This document shows positions 1-10,273 of a stretch of 64,000 nucleotides of DNA, one piece after another. This DNA comes from Myxococcota bacterium. Its GTDB lineage: Bacteria > Myxococcota_A > UBA9160 > UBA6930. Within the stretch, counting starts at the first letter, position 1. Each line of letters starts with the position of its first letter. The notes below the pieces were generated by a model. It saw nothing but the letters and a program-made list of their open reading frames with translations. It ran no database searches and was not told the origin of the DNA. Position numbers and translations under genes: made by a program. The stretch lies in NCBI GenBank assembly GCA_965223415.1, contig OZ245002.1:2912001-2976000 (forward strand). Direction: 5' to 3'.

Positions 1-75
1 TCGCGGGTGGCCAGGGGAGCGTAGCATCGGCTTGTAGTATCGTTCCGAGCGTTCGGGATCGGCGGTACCTGCTCT

Positions 76-606
76 TTGGCTAGGCGGTGGATGCGACACC
101 TCGTGATCGCGCTTCTCATCACGGTCTCCGCCGGCATCGCCCGCGCGGACGAGCCCCCGACCGAGGTGCAGGAACCGCTGTTCAAGCTGTCGCTTCCGGG
201 CCGATGGCGGGAGGTGCCAGCAGCCGAAGACGGTCTCTGGCAGTACCGCCACGCCGGGATCGAGGCCCAGGTCTCGGTATCGATCGCCACCTCCGAGCCC
301 CACTTCGCGCGAGACGAGCTCGCGAAGGTCTTCAGCGAGTTCGAGGCGGCGCGTCGGCGCGCGGTCGGGGAGCAGTCCCCGGGGTGCGAGCTATCCGCCG
401 TCGAGAAGCGAGAGCACCTCGATGCGATCGCCGGCTCCTACCTCGGCCATTGCCTCCCGGACGGGCCGCGCATCGGCGACCTCATGGTGAGCCGAACCGA
501 CCTGGTCGCCTCGTTCCTCGTCGAGGCCTACGGCCTCTCGGAAGAGGAGTTCCGCGAGCTGTTCCATGCGGTCGTGCGCGGCTCGGGTCTGGCACGAGAA
601 GAGTGA
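76..606 (+). CDS. Hypothetical exported protein
   Basis: Signal-peptide-like MRHLVIALLITVSAGIARA (true start may be ATG at 91); coding-like codon usage. Confidence 0.6.
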   Translation: MARRWMRHLVIALLITVSAGIARADEPPTEVQEPLFKLSLPGRWREVPAAEDGLWQYRHAGIEAQVSVSIATSEPHFARDELAKVFSEFEAARRRAVGEQSPGCELSAVEKREHLDAIAGSYLGHCLPDGPRIGDLMVSRTDLVASFLVEAYGLSEEEFRELFHAVVRGSGLAREE

Positions 607-645
607 CGGCAGGTAGGCGATCCGGATGAGAGCGGAAGCGGCTGC

Positions 646-1062
646 CTAGCCCGTGCCCCCGGGCAGCAGCCCGAGCTGCCCCAGCAGCCCCACCGTGTCC
701 GAGTAGCGGTAGGCCCGCGTCACCCGCTCTCCCTCGACCTGGAGCAGGGTGCAGTTCTCCACATGGAAGCGCTTTCCCGTCGCGGGCTGGCCGAAGAACT
801 CGCCGTCGTTCGTGCCGCTGAGGGTGTAGCGGAGGGTGACGAGGCCGTCGGTCTCGACCATCGTGACGGGCTCGAGGTGGACGTCGCTGGCGGCGACCCA
901 CCACTGCTGGAGGGCGGCGACCTCGGCGTCCGGGCCGCGGGTCTGCTCCTGGCCGTGGACGTAGGAGACGTAGCCCGGGTCGAGCAGCGCCCGGTATCCC
1001 TCGGCGTCGCGGCCGTTGTCACACGCGATGACGCGCTTCACGCAGTCGACGGGGCTGGGCAT
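646..1062 (-). CDS. SnoaL-like / ester cyclase (NTF2-like) protein
   Basis: Start MPSPVDC with GAGGAGG RBS; VTLRYTLSGTNDGEFFGQPATGKRF typical of ester cyclases. Confidence 0.85.
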   Translation of the reverse strand: MPSPVDCVKRVIACDNGRDAEGYRALLDPGYVSYVHGQEQTRGPDAEVAALQQWWVAASDVHLEPVTMVETDGLVTLRYTLSGTNDGEFFGQPATGKRFHVENCTLLQVEGERVTRAYRYSDTVGLLGQLGLLPGGTG

Positions 1063-1108
1063 CGGTCTTCCTCCTCGCTCCAGGGTATGCCTGCGGTAGG
1101 ATCGGCGC

Positions 1109-2266
1109 ATGACGTACGCAGGCCACCGCCGGATCATCGACGCCGACAGCCACGTGATCGAGCTCGACGACTTCCTGTTCGAGGCGGCGGAGCCCGCCGA
1201 GCGCGCCGTGCTCCCGCCGATGGACGCCCAGACCGAGCTGCCGGTCAGCCACGAGGGGCTCGCCCGGGGCCGCGAGCTCTTCGCGAGGCGCCAGGGCGAC
1301 CCGGAGGTGATGGCGAAGTTCGAGGCGAAGCTGCTCGACAACCGCAAGAGCGGCTGGAACCGCATCGGTGCCTTCGACGCGGCGGAGCGCTCTCACTGCC
1401 TCGACTTGATGGGCTTCGAGCTTCAGCTGGTCCTCCCCACCTTCGCCTTCCACCAGGTCGCTCACGTGGACGACCCGGAGGTCCTGCGCCTCGGTGCCCG
1501 CGCCCTGAACCGCGCCATGGGGCGCTTCTGCGCCCAGGACGCTCGGTTGATGGCGGTGGGCTACGTGCCGCTCGCCCTCGGGCCCGAGGAATCCCTGCAG
1601 ATCCTGGACGAGGCCCTTGCCGCGGGCTGCACGACGCTCATGGTCGACACCAACCAGCCGGACGACGGCGCACGCTCGTTCACCCATCCGGACTACGACC
1701 CGGTCTGGGCGCGCTTCGAAGCCGCCGGCGTTCCCTTCGTGGTGCACGTGGCGGTGAACGGGGAGTACCGCGCCGTCCCGAAGAGCTTCGCGAACAACGG
1801 CCGCGCCGAGCGGGCCCTCGGCGGCGACGCGCCCACCGGCGAGCTCGGCCTGCTCACGATCGGGAACAGCGCGCAGATCTTCCTGGCGGCGATGATCTTC
1901 GACGGGGTGTTCGAGCGGCACCCGGGGCTGCGAGGCATCTCGATGGAGCACGCCGCCTTCTGGCTGCCGTCCTGGCTCGAAGGGCTGGACTACACGGGGC
2001 GGCTGTTCCGTCTCCCCGAGCCTCCTTCCGAGACCGCGCGCCGCCACGTCAAGGTGTCGCCCTTCCCCGGCGAGCCCGTCGGCTGGATCATCGAGCAGGC
2101 CGGCCCGGAGATGCTCGTCTTCGCGTCGGACTATCCGCATCCCGAGGGCACCTCGGACCCGATCGGGAAGTTCGAGGCCACGATGACCGGCTGCGACGAG
2201 GCGACCTTGGACGCCTTCTACCACGGCAACATGGAAGCGCTGCTCGGGATCCAGCTTCCTCGTTAG
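1109..2266 (+). CDS. Amidohydrolase family protein (Amidohydro_2)
   Basis: IIDADSHV at N-terminus, FASDYPHPEG near C-terminus. Confidence 0.9.
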   Translation: MTYAGHRRIIDADSHVIELDDFLFEAAEPAERAVLPPMDAQTELPVSHEGLARGRELFARRQGDPEVMAKFEAKLLDNRKSGWNRIGAFDAAERSHCLDLMGFELQLVLPTFAFHQVAHVDDPEVLRLGARALNRAMGRFCAQDARLMAVGYVPLALGPEESLQILDEALAAGCTTLMVDTNQPDDGARSFTHPDYDPVWARFEAAGVPFVVHVAVNGEYRAVPKSFANNGRAERALGGDAPTGELGLLTIGNSAQIFLAAMIFDGVFERHPGLRGISMEHAAFWLPSWLEGLDYTGRLFRLPEPPSETARRHVKVSPFPGEPVGWIIEQAGPEMLVFASDYPHPEGTSDPIGKFEATMTGCDEATLDAFYHGNMEALLGIQLPR

Positions 2267-2269
2267 GCG

Positions 2270-3808
2270 TCAGGCGAGCCAGCGCCCGATCGGCGTCTTC
2301 TGCCAGAGCAGGCGGATGAACCTCTGGGTGCCGTCCTCGGACTTGCGCCTGTAGGGGTAGCCGCCCTGGATCGGGCCCTTCCCCTTCTTGTCGGCGATGA
2401 TCGGGTGGGCGTGGGTGTAGCCGCGCAGGCCGCTCTTGCCGTTCACGGAGCCGAGGCCGCTCGACTTCACGCCGCCGAAGGGCGCCTCGGGGACGCCGTA
2501 GGTGAGGGTCATGTCGTTCACGCACACGCCGCCGGTGTCCATGCGCTCGGCGAGGCGGAAGCCCTTCTCGGTGTCGGTGGTCCAGACCGTTCCGTTCAGG
2601 CCGTACTCGGAATCGTTGGCGAGGCGCAGGGCCTCCTCCTCGTCCTTCACCTTCTGGATCGCGACGACGGGGCCGAAGGTCTCGTTCTGCATCATCTCCA
2701 TCGAGGGGTCGACGTCGGTGAGCACGGTGGGCTCGAAGTAGAGGCCCGGGAGGTCGGGGTTGCGTCGGCCGCCGACGTGGATGCTGGCGCCTTTCTGCTT
2801 GGCATCGTCGACGTGGCGCTCGATGATGTCGAGCTGGCGGTCCCAGAAGGTGGCCCCCACGTCGAACTCGCCCTCCGCTCCCTGGCGGAGCTGCTTCGCG
2901 CCCTCGACGACCTTGGCGACGAAGGCGTCGTAGATGGGCTCCACCGCGTAGATGCGCTCGGTCCCGCAGCAGTACTGGCCCGTGTTCATGCAGGAGCCGG
3001 CCAGGGCGCCCTGGGCGGCGCGATCGAGATCCGCGTCCGCGCACACGATCATCGCGTCGTTGCCGCCGAGCTCGAGAGTGCAGGGGATGAGCAGCCGCCC
3101 GCAGGCCTCGCCCACCTTGCGGCCGGTGGCGACGCTGCCGGTGAACGACACCTTGTCGACGCCGGCTTCGATGAGGGCCGCGCCGGTGGCGCCGTCGCCC
3201 TGCACCACCTGGTAGAGATCCGGCGGGAAGCCCGCCTCGTCGAAAAGGCTCTTCACGACCAACGCCGAGAAGGGCGTCACCTCCGAGGGCTTGTGCACGA
3301 CGGCGTTGCCGGCCATCACCGCCTGCACCATCGGGTTGACGGCCAGCACGACCGGGCCGTTCCAGGGCGTGATGAGGCCGACCACGCCCAGCGGCTTGTA
3401 GACGACGCGGAGCCTCTTCGCGAAGCCCATGAGCCCGTGGATGCGCCGCTTCTCCGGCGCCAGGAACTTCTTCGCGTTCTTCGCGTAGTAGGAGATGGAG
3501 TCGCAGGCCGAGAAGACCTCCATGCCGATCGCTTCGGTCCGAGGCTTGCCGGTCTCCCGGACGACCGCGTCGATGACCTCCTCCTGGCGGGTCACGTAGA
3601 CGTCGAGGAAGCGCCACATCCGCTTGGCGCGCTCCTCGATCGGGAGGGCGCCCCACCCGGCCTGGGCCTTGCGGGCCCGCTCGACCGCGGCCACCACGTC
3701 CTCGCGGGTGCCGCACTCGATCTCGCCGATGGGCTCGAGGGTGACCGGGCTGTTGATGCGCAGCTTCTTGCGCGGGCCGCTGGACTCGATGGGCTCGTAG
3801 ATGGCCAT
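2270..3808 (-). CDS. Aldehyde dehydrogenase
   Basis: ITPWN, KPSE, FTGS, LELGGND, GQYCC, ETFGP, PFGGVKSSG motifs. Confidence 0.95.
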   Translation of the reverse strand: MAIYEPIESSGPRKKLRINSPVTLEPIGEIECGTREDVVAAVERARKAQAGWGALPIEERAKRMWRFLDVYVTRQEEVIDAVVRETGKPRTEAIGMEVFSACDSISYYAKNAKKFLAPEKRRIHGLMGFAKRLRVVYKPLGVVGLITPWNGPVVLAVNPMVQAVMAGNAVVHKPSEVTPFSALVVKSLFDEAGFPPDLYQVVQGDGATGAALIEAGVDKVSFTGSVATGRKVGEACGRLLIPCTLELGGNDAMIVCADADLDRAAQGALAGSCMNTGQYCCGTERIYAVEPIYDAFVAKVVEGAKQLRQGAEGEFDVGATFWDRQLDIIERHVDDAKQKGASIHVGGRRNPDLPGLYFEPTVLTDVDPSMEMMQNETFGPVVAIQKVKDEEEALRLANDSEYGLNGTVWTTDTEKGFRLAERMDTGGVCVNDMTLTYGVPEAPFGGVKSSGLGSVNGKSGLRGYTHAHPIIADKKGKGPIQGGYPYRRKSEDGTQRFIRLLWQKTPIGRWLA

Positions 3809-3879
3809 GGACGTCTCCTACCGTCGTGCGACGGGGGAGTGTACCCTGCGCCGGTGGCGGCGCCCCAGGGAGAACGGAC

Positions 3880-4953
3880 ATGACGAGCGGCGACCAAGGG
3901 CCCACGAGCTTCACCCCGGAGGAGCTCCTGGCGAGCGGGAGCTACGAAGAGCCGCTGATCGCCGGCGGCGTTCGCTGCCACGGCGGCTTCGACCCGGACG
4001 GTCGCTACCACTCGCCGCGCACCCTGCACCGGGCGCCGGCGATCCTGGCCTGGCAGGACCGGCTCGCCCGCGAGGGCCAGGAGCTGATCGACATCCCGCG
4101 CACGATGATGCCTCCCCAGTACCCGAACGTGGAGCAGGCCAAGCTGCTGCTGCGCCACGGCGTGCGGGATCCGATCGTGCGGACGCTCACGATCATCTCC
4201 ATCGTCGAGGGCTTCGGCGCCGTGATCCGCGACGTGCGTGTGCCGAAGCTCGACGAGCTGGTCGTCGAACCGATCGGGGGGACGGCGCTGGCGCACCTGG
4301 GCGGCGGCCTCTTCGAGGCCCACGCCCGGGACGAGGCGGGCTACGAGGACGAGGGCGGCCACAAGCAGATGTGGGAGGCGGCCCGCGACCTGGCTCTCGA
4401 GAGCCCGAAGATTCCCGGTGACGTGCTGATGCGCATGATGGGCCGGCGCGGGCGTGCGCCGAAGCGCGAGCGTCCCTTCCCTCAGCTCGATGAGAACCTC
4501 GAGCGCATGCTCGCGCTCATGGCGCAGGTGCTGGTGATCGAGGTCTTCGCCGAGGGGACCTTCCAGTGGGGGATCGACGTGCTGTCGGATCCCGAGGTCT
4601 CCGCCGAGCCGGAGAAGGCCGGCGACATGGTCCGCTACATCCAGGCCGACGAGAGCCCCCACGTCGAATACCTGCGCACCGCGCTCTCGGAGCTGCGCGC
4701 GCGGACCCTGCGCACCGTGGACGGCGGCACCCTGGCCGGTCGCGAGGTGGTCGACGGCTTCCTCCACGACGTGCTGCACAACCTGACGCGCAACCGGCCT
4801 CGGGAGCAGCGCGACGACATCCGCGAGGGGCTGGTGGAGGCGATGCAGGCCGCAGCGAACCCGGCGGCGCTCGAGGAGGAGTTCGAGGGCCTCTCGAGCG
4901 CCTGGACGCCGCCGGAGCGCACGGGCTTCGAGCCGACCCCGAACGCCGCATGA
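3880..4953 (+). CDS. Conserved hypothetical protein, probable ferritin-like diiron fold
   Basis: Ligand-like pattern IVEG ... DEGGH ... IEVF ... DESPH; ATG after GGAGA. Confidence 0.65.
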   Translation: MTSGDQGPTSFTPEELLASGSYEEPLIAGGVRCHGGFDPDGRYHSPRTLHRAPAILAWQDRLAREGQELIDIPRTMMPPQYPNVEQAKLLLRHGVRDPIVRTLTIISIVEGFGAVIRDVRVPKLDELVVEPIGGTALAHLGGGLFEAHARDEAGYEDEGGHKQMWEAARDLALESPKIPGDVLMRMMGRRGRAPKRERPFPQLDENLERMLALMAQVLVIEVFAEGTFQWGIDVLSDPEVSAEPEKAGDMVRYIQADESPHVEYLRTALSELRARTLRTVDGGTLAGREVVDGFLHDVLHNLTRNRPREQRDDIREGLVEAMQAAANPAALEEEFEGLSSAWTPPERTGFEPTPNAA

Positions 4954-6221
4954 ATCCCTGGACGCGCGCCGGACGAAGCGCGCGCGTGACCCGCGCCTTC
5001 GTCCACCTGTGGTTCCTGTACAAGGTGCCGGGCTACTGGCGGCGGCTGCGCGGCCTGCCGCCCCGGACCGAGGCGGAGCTCGGCCCGACCCACGAGCGCG
5101 CAGCCAAGGTCGTGCTGGCCACGGCCCTCGCCATGCGCGGCGTGATCATCAAGAGCTGCCAGTTCGTCGCGACCCGCTCCGACGTCTTCCCGCCCGGCTT
5201 CATCGAGGAGCTGAAACAGCTCCATGACGCGGTGCCGCCGAAGCCCTTCGCGGTGGTGAAGGAGACCGTCGAGCGCGAGCTCGGCAAGCCGCTCGACGCG
5301 GTATTCGCCGAGCTCGACGAGGAGCCGGTGGCGGCGGCCTCTCTCGCCCAAGTGCACCTCGGCCGGCTCCACGACGGCCGCGAAGTGGCGGTCAAGGTCC
5401 AGTATCCGGACATCGAGGAAATCATCCAGCTCGACATCCGCAACCTGAAGCGCGCCTGCCGGGTGTACGAGCGCTTCGATCCCCAGCCGCTGCCGTTGCT
5501 GCCGCTCCTGACCGAGCTGACCACCCACATCGGCTACGAGCTCGATTTCCTGCGCGAGGCCGACAGCGCGAACCGGGTGCGCGAGCTCTTCGCCGACGAC
5601 CCGGGCGTCGCCGTGCCCGAGATCTACCGGGAGTGGTGCACGCCGCGGGTGCTCGTGATGCAGCGGGTCGGCGGCATCAAGATCACCGACGTGGAGGGCC
5701 TGGAGGCGGCGGGCCTCGACCCCGCGGACGTCGTGCAGGACCTGATGGCGGTGTGGGTGCGCATGATCATGGGCGCGGGCTTCTTCCAGGCGGATCCGCA
5801 CCCGGGCAACCTCTTCGTCAGGCCCGACCGCACCCTGGTGCTGCTCGACTTCGGCCTCTCGAAGCAGCTCCCGGAGGGCTTCGGCCTGGGCATCTTCGAG
5901 CTGATGTTCTCGCTGATGACCCGCAGCGAGGCGGCCATGATCCGCGCCTTCCAGGAGCTGGGCTTCCAGACGAAGTCCGGCGACACCACCCACTTCGTCG
6001 CGATCGCCCGGCGCATGCTCGATCGCAGCGAGTCCGGCCGCTTCGAGGGTGAGTTCACCGAAGACATGACCGACGAGATGTTCGACGCGGTCCGTGAGGA
6101 CCCCCTCGTCCACATCCCCAGCGATTTCGTCCTCGTCGGCCGCAGCTTCGGCATGCTCTCCGGCATCGCCCACACCCTCGGCGCCCGAGCCAACGTCCTC
6201 CAAGCCATGGGCGGTGGCTGA
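4950..6221 (+). CDS. ABC1/AarF/UbiB family atypical kinase
   Basis: AAASLAQVH, VAVKVQYP, ADPHPGN, LLDFG; ATGA overlap with the upstream gene. Confidence 0.92.
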   Translation: MNPWTRAGRSARVTRAFVHLWFLYKVPGYWRRLRGLPPRTEAELGPTHERAAKVVLATALAMRGVIIKSCQFVATRSDVFPPGFIEELKQLHDAVPPKPFAVVKETVERELGKPLDAVFAELDEEPVAAASLAQVHLGRLHDGREVAVKVQYPDIEEIIQLDIRNLKRACRVYERFDPQPLPLLPLLTELTTHIGYELDFLREADSANRVRELFADDPGVAVPEIYREWCTPRVLVMQRVGGIKITDVEGLEAAGLDPADVVQDLMAVWVRMIMGAGFFQADPHPGNLFVRPDRTLVLLDFGLSKQLPEGFGLGIFELMFSLMTRSEAAMIRAFQELGFQTKSGDTTHFVAIARRMLDRSESGRFEGEFTEDMTDEMFDAVREDPLVHIPSDFVLVGRSFGMLSGIAHTLGARANVLQAMGGG

Positions 6222-6299
6222 CCCTACGATAGTGTTGCTTTCGGGGCCGGTTCCGTTTGCTGCGTCGTTCCGGCTCGCGGGGGGATGGAGCGGAGTGAG

Positions 6300-7427
6300 A
6301 TGAGCGAGTCGGAGTTCCAGGAGGTCGAGCGCTCGACGCTGGACCGGGAGGAGGCGCGGGCGCGGCTCGAGGGCTGGCTCGCCGCGCAGCTGCCGGCGGG
6401 TGCGGAGCCGGCGGTCTCGGAGCTGGATGCGCCGTCCGGGACGGGGATGTCGAGCGAGACCCTGCTCTTCGACGCGACGTGGAGCGAGGGCGGCGCCCGG
6501 GAGACGGTACCCCTCGTCGGCCGCCTGGCGCCGGATGCGCGGGACGTGCCGGTCTTCCCGAGCTACGACCTCGAGAACCAGTTCCGCCTGCTGCGGCTGA
6601 TTGCCGAGCACAGCGACGTGCCCGTGCCCCGGGTGCGGTGGCTCGAGAACGATCCCTCGGCGCTGGGCTCGCCCTTCTTCGTGATGGACCGGGTCGAGGG
6701 ACGCGTGCCTCCGGACATCCCGCCCTACCTGTTCGCCGGCTGGGTGTTCGACGCGTCCGCCGACGAGCGCCGCGTTCTGATGGACACGACGATCGCGGCG
6801 ATGGCCTCCCTGCACGGGATCGACCCGGCGAAGGCGGACGCCTCCTTCCTCGAGTTCCCGGTCGCCGGTGGCACTCCCTTGCGTCGCCACCTCCAGAACC
6901 AGCGGGACTACCATGCCTGGGTCGTCGCTGACGGCGTGCGTCACCCGATCCTCGAGCGCACCTTCGCCTGGCTGGACGAGCACTGGCCGGCTGACGAGGG
7001 CGAGACGGTCATCAGCTGGGGCGATTCGCGCATCGGCAACGTGCTGTACGCGGGCTTCGAGCCCGCCGCCCTGCTGGACTGGGAGATGGCCGGCCTCGGC
7101 CCCCGCGAGCTGGACCTGGGCTGGCTGTGCTTCATGCACGCCTTCTTCCAGGACATCGCCGAGAGCGCGGGGCAGCCGGGGCTACCGGATCTCCTGCGCC
7201 TGCCGGAGGCCGCCGCGAGCTACGAGCGCGCCTCCGGCCACGCGCCTCGCGACCTGCTCTGGTACTTCACCTACGCGGCATTGCGCCACGGCATCGTGAT
7301 GGCCCGCATCCACCGTCGGATGATGCACTTCGGGCAGGCGGAATGGGGCGACGACCCGGACTCCGTCATCCCCCACCGCGGCCTGCTCGAGCGCATGCTC
7401 GGCGGCGCCTGGAGTCCGCTGGCATGA
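6300..7427 (+). CDS. APH-like phosphotransferase (Rv3168-like)
   Basis: GMSSET, DVPVFPSY, PFFVMDRVEG, WGDSRIGN, LDWEMA. Confidence 0.88.
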   Translation: MSESEFQEVERSTLDREEARARLEGWLAAQLPAGAEPAVSELDAPSGTGMSSETLLFDATWSEGGARETVPLVGRLAPDARDVPVFPSYDLENQFRLLRLIAEHSDVPVPRVRWLENDPSALGSPFFVMDRVEGRVPPDIPPYLFAGWVFDASADERRVLMDTTIAAMASLHGIDPAKADASFLEFPVAGGTPLRRHLQNQRDYHAWVVADGVRHPILERTFAWLDEHWPADEGETVISWGDSRIGNVLYAGFEPAALLDWEMAGLGPRELDLGWLCFMHAFFQDIAESAGQPGLPDLLRLPEAAASYERASGHAPRDLLWYFTYAALRHGIVMARIHRRMMHFGQAEWGDDPDSVIPHRGLLERMLGGAWSPLA

Positions 7428-8581
7428 ACAACCCCATCGGTGAGCTGCTGCCCGAGGACGAGTCCTTCACCCATCAGGTCACCGAGACCTTCGCCAGCGT
7501 CGCGAGCAGCGATCCCTCGTGGACCGAGAAGGTCTGTGCCATGGCGATGGCCCGGGATGGCAGCCTGCAGATCGGCTTCGGTCTCGGGAAGTACACGAAT
7601 CGCAACGTGATGGACGGGTACGCGGCGCTCTCCCGCGGCAGGGAGCAGCTGACGGTGCGGGCGAGCCGCGCCCTGGCTCCGGAGCCGACCCGGACCGTGG
7701 TCGGACCGATCCGCTACGAGGTGGTCGAGCCGTTCCGCAAGGTGCGCTTCCGGCTCGAGCCGAACGACACGCAACCGATCGCCTTCGACTGGCTCTTCGA
7801 AGCGGTGCTGCCGCCCTTCCCAGAGGACCGCACCCACCTTCGAGCGGGCTACCGGCTCTCGTCGGACCTGGTCCGCTACCACCAGACCGGCGTCGCCTCC
7901 GGTTGGCTCCTCCTCGACGGCGAGCGCACCGAGATCGATCCCGAGGGATGGGTTTCGACCCGCGACCACTCCTGGGGCGTGCGCTACGACGTGGGGACGC
8001 CGCCTGCAGACGTGGAGCCGCGCCCGGGCATTCCGCCGGGCATGGGCTTCATGATGATCTGGTGCCCGGTGCTGATGCAGAAGACGGACGGAACGCGCTA
8101 CGGCCTGCACCTCCACTTCACGTGGATCAAGGGGCACGGCTTCGAGCAGAAGATGACGACGGCGCGGGTCGAGCACGTGGACGGCAGCGAAGAGACGATC
8201 GCCGACATCGAGCCCCACCTGCGCTTCGACGCGGACAACCGGCGGCTCCTCGGCGGGAGCCTCGTGTGCACGATGGCCGACGGCTCCGCCCGGCCCCTCG
8301 AGATTCGCCCCATGGGCGACACCGGCGTGCACCTCGGCGCCGGGCTCTACTTCGGCTTCGACGGCCACCATCACGGCGAGTGGCGCGGCCCGCTCCACGT
8401 CGACGGCGAGCGGATCGCCGACTGCACCACCCCCGAGCAGGCCCGCCGCCTCCACCAGATCCGCGACACCTGTGTCTTCGTCCGCGACCCGGTGGCCGGC
8501 GGCGAAGGCGTCGGCAACTGCCAACCCATCGCCTCCGGCCCCTGGCCCGAGCTCGGCCTCGCCGACGAAGACTGGATGTAG
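7424..8581 (+). CDS. Conserved hypothetical protein (Rv3169-like)
   Basis: YEVVEPF, RYHQTG, RDHSWGVR motifs; ATGA-coupled to the phosphotransferase. Confidence 0.75.
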   Translation: MNNPIGELLPEDESFTHQVTETFASVASSDPSWTEKVCAMAMARDGSLQIGFGLGKYTNRNVMDGYAALSRGREQLTVRASRALAPEPTRTVVGPIRYEVVEPFRKVRFRLEPNDTQPIAFDWLFEAVLPPFPEDRTHLRAGYRLSSDLVRYHQTGVASGWLLLDGERTEIDPEGWVSTRDHSWGVRYDVGTPPADVEPRPGIPPGMGFMMIWCPVLMQKTDGTRYGLHLHFTWIKGHGFEQKMTTARVEHVDGSEETIADIEPHLRFDADNRRLLGGSLVCTMADGSARPLEIRPMGDTGVHLGAGLYFGFDGHHHGEWRGPLHVDGERIADCTTPEQARRLHQIRDTCVFVRDPVAGGEGVGNCQPIASGPWPELGLADEDWM

Positions 8582-8648
8582 AAACGGGGCCAGAGTTAAG
8601 AATGTAGTTCCCATGGGGAACTACATTCTTAACTCTGGCCCCGTTTCT
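8580..8648. repeat. Perfect long palindrome, copy 1 (33-bp arms, 3-nt ATG loop); REP/REPIN-like or bidirectional terminator
   Basis: AGAAACGGGGCCAGAGTTAAGAATGTAGTTCCC (8580-8612) is the exact reverse complement of 8616-8648; lies between convergent stop codons. Confidence 0.95.
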
Positions 8649-9136
8649 TAACCCAGGCTGGCGGGGGTTTCGTTCTTGGGGAGCTTGCCGTGGTCCCAGC
8701 TGATGAAGCGCTGGGGCTTGATGCGGATGAGGACGCGCTTGCCGGCCATACCCTGCTTCACGGCGTCCGGGAGCTGCGAGACGTCGGGCAGCTCGTTGGC
8801 GGTGGCGTCCATCGCCTCGATCATCGTGCGGACGGTGGCGTTGAGATCCTTCGAGAGCTCGGCCTCGCCGTAGATCATCACGCCGCGCAGCTCGTCGTAG
8901 GCGGAGCCGGTCTCGACGAGGAGCGTCACCCGCGGATCGCGCTCGATGTTCTTCACCTTCTGGCTACTCTCGTAGGTGGCGATGCGCACGGTCAGGTCGT
9001 CGTCGATGCCATAGAACATCGGCATCGCGTGGGGAAAGCCGCGCGGCCCGTTGGTCGTGATGATGATCGTGTGCCCGTCCACGAGGAACTCGCGGATCTC
9101 GTCGTCGGTCATCCGGATCTCGTCGCGCCGCGACAT
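8648..9136 (-). CDS. Pyridoxamine 5'-phosphate oxidase-like (PPOX, possibly F420-dependent) protein
   Basis: MTDDEIREFL, PHAMPM, SQKVKNIERDPRVTLLVE, ELRGV, SWDH; GGAGG RBS. Confidence 0.88.
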   Translation of the reverse strand: MSRRDEIRMTDDEIREFLVDGHTIIITTNGPRGFPHAMPMFYGIDDDLTVRIATYESSQKVKNIERDPRVTLLVETGSAYDELRGVMIYGEAELSKDLNATVRTMIEAMDATANELPDVSQLPDAVKQGMAGKRVLIRIKPQRFISWDHGKLPKNETPASLG

Positions 9137-9144
9137 GCTACCTC

Positions 9145-10248
9145 CTATTCCTCGAACTCGGCCTTCGACGGGGAGCGACCGCCGGGGCCACTGTAGGCGA
9201 GGCCGACGCCCGGCGGCTCGGTGAACTCGACCGGCGGGACCGCCGCCAACGCCTTGCGCCAGCCCTCGATGAGCCGGTCTTCGGCCGGGTAGTCGAAGGG
9301 ATCCTGGAGGACGGTCTCCTCCAGGCCGCCAGGCTCCGGGGGGTGCTCGGCGAGCCAGCGCGCCGTTCGCGCCAGCGCCTCCCGGGCGGGCACGACGTCC
9401 CGGTAGCCGAGCTGGTGGCGGATCTTCCCCAGATCGAGGACCCGATGGCTGGTGATCGGCTGCGCGACCAGCGGCCGGGCCGGAGCCGCCAGCTCCCAGG
9501 GCAGCGACACGATCTCGAGCCGCGCCTCCAGCGCGTCGGCCACGATCTCCACCACCTGGCGCAGGCTCAGCACCTCGTCGTCGGCGCAGTTGTAGATCTG
9601 GCCGGCCGCCGCCTCGGGCTGGTCCACGGCCAGCAGCAGCGCGTGGGCCAGGTTCTCCGTGTAGCCGTGGTGGTGCAGGGTGAGGCCGTCCTCGGCCAGG
9701 ATGATGTGTCGCCGGCCGTCGAGGACGCGCCGCACGATGCACCACTCCCGCGGCACGAGCTGGTAGGGCCCGTAGACGTAGGGGTAGCGGAAGTGCGTCG
9801 CCCGCGGCTGGTGGGCGAACACCGCCTCCTCCGTCTTCACGATGCGAAAGCCCTTCTCGTCCTCCTGCGGCTCACGGACGAGGGGGGCGTCCTCCGGTGT
9901 CGGCACCGGCAGCCCGGCGGGCGAGAACAGCCCGGCGTTCATGAACCCGCGATAGGCAGGCACGCCTCCCACCGAGACGAATCGCTCGCAGCGCCCCGCC
10001 ATCAGCTCGGCCAGGCGGCGCAGCCGGCCGTACATGGCGACGCACAGGTCGAAGCTCCGGCCGGAGAGCGCCGCCTCCGTCGCGTCCATGTCGTAGGGAT
10101 CGACGTGGACGTGCTCGATATCCTCCGGGTTGTCCGGGTTCTCGTGCCGGCCCGTGTGGAGGATCGTCACCTCGTGCTCACGCGCCCGCAGGCCGCGTAC
10201 GACCAGGTGCCCGGTGGGCCCGGTGCCGCCGATCACGAGGGAATGCAT
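9145..10248 (-). CDS. NAD-dependent epimerase/dehydratase family protein
   Basis: LVIGGTGPTG, FRYPYVYGP, GQIYNC. Confidence 0.85.
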   Translation of the reverse strand: MHSLVIGGTGPTGHLVVRGLRAREHEVTILHTGRHENPDNPEDIEHVHVDPYDMDATEAALSGRSFDLCVAMYGRLRRLAELMAGRCERFVSVGGVPAYRGFMNAGLFSPAGLPVPTPEDAPLVREPQEDEKGFRIVKTEEAVFAHQPRATHFRYPYVYGPYQLVPREWCIVRRVLDGRRHIILAEDGLTLHHHGYTENLAHALLLAVDQPEAAAGQIYNCADDEVLSLRQVVEIVADALEARLEIVSLPWELAAPARPLVAQPITSHRVLDLGKIRHQLGYRDVVPAREALARTARWLAEHPPEPGGLEETVLQDPFDYPAEDRLIEGWRKALAAVPPVEFTEPPGVGLAYSGPGGRSPSKAEFEE

Positions 10249-10273
10249 GGGCCCGGATGATATCGTGGACGGC

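Noticed and set aside
4635..7139. Long antisense and alternate-frame ORFs (this 834-aa ORF, 18390-20387, 34495-36540, 60776-62698 and many more)
   Set aside because: Shadow ORFs expected in high-GC DNA; they overlap genes with clear motifs and have no motifs of their own.
6300..7427. Aminoglycoside resistance gene
   Set aside because: The APH-like fold is widespread; context and motifs fit the Rv3168-like metabolic group and do not demonstrate resistance.
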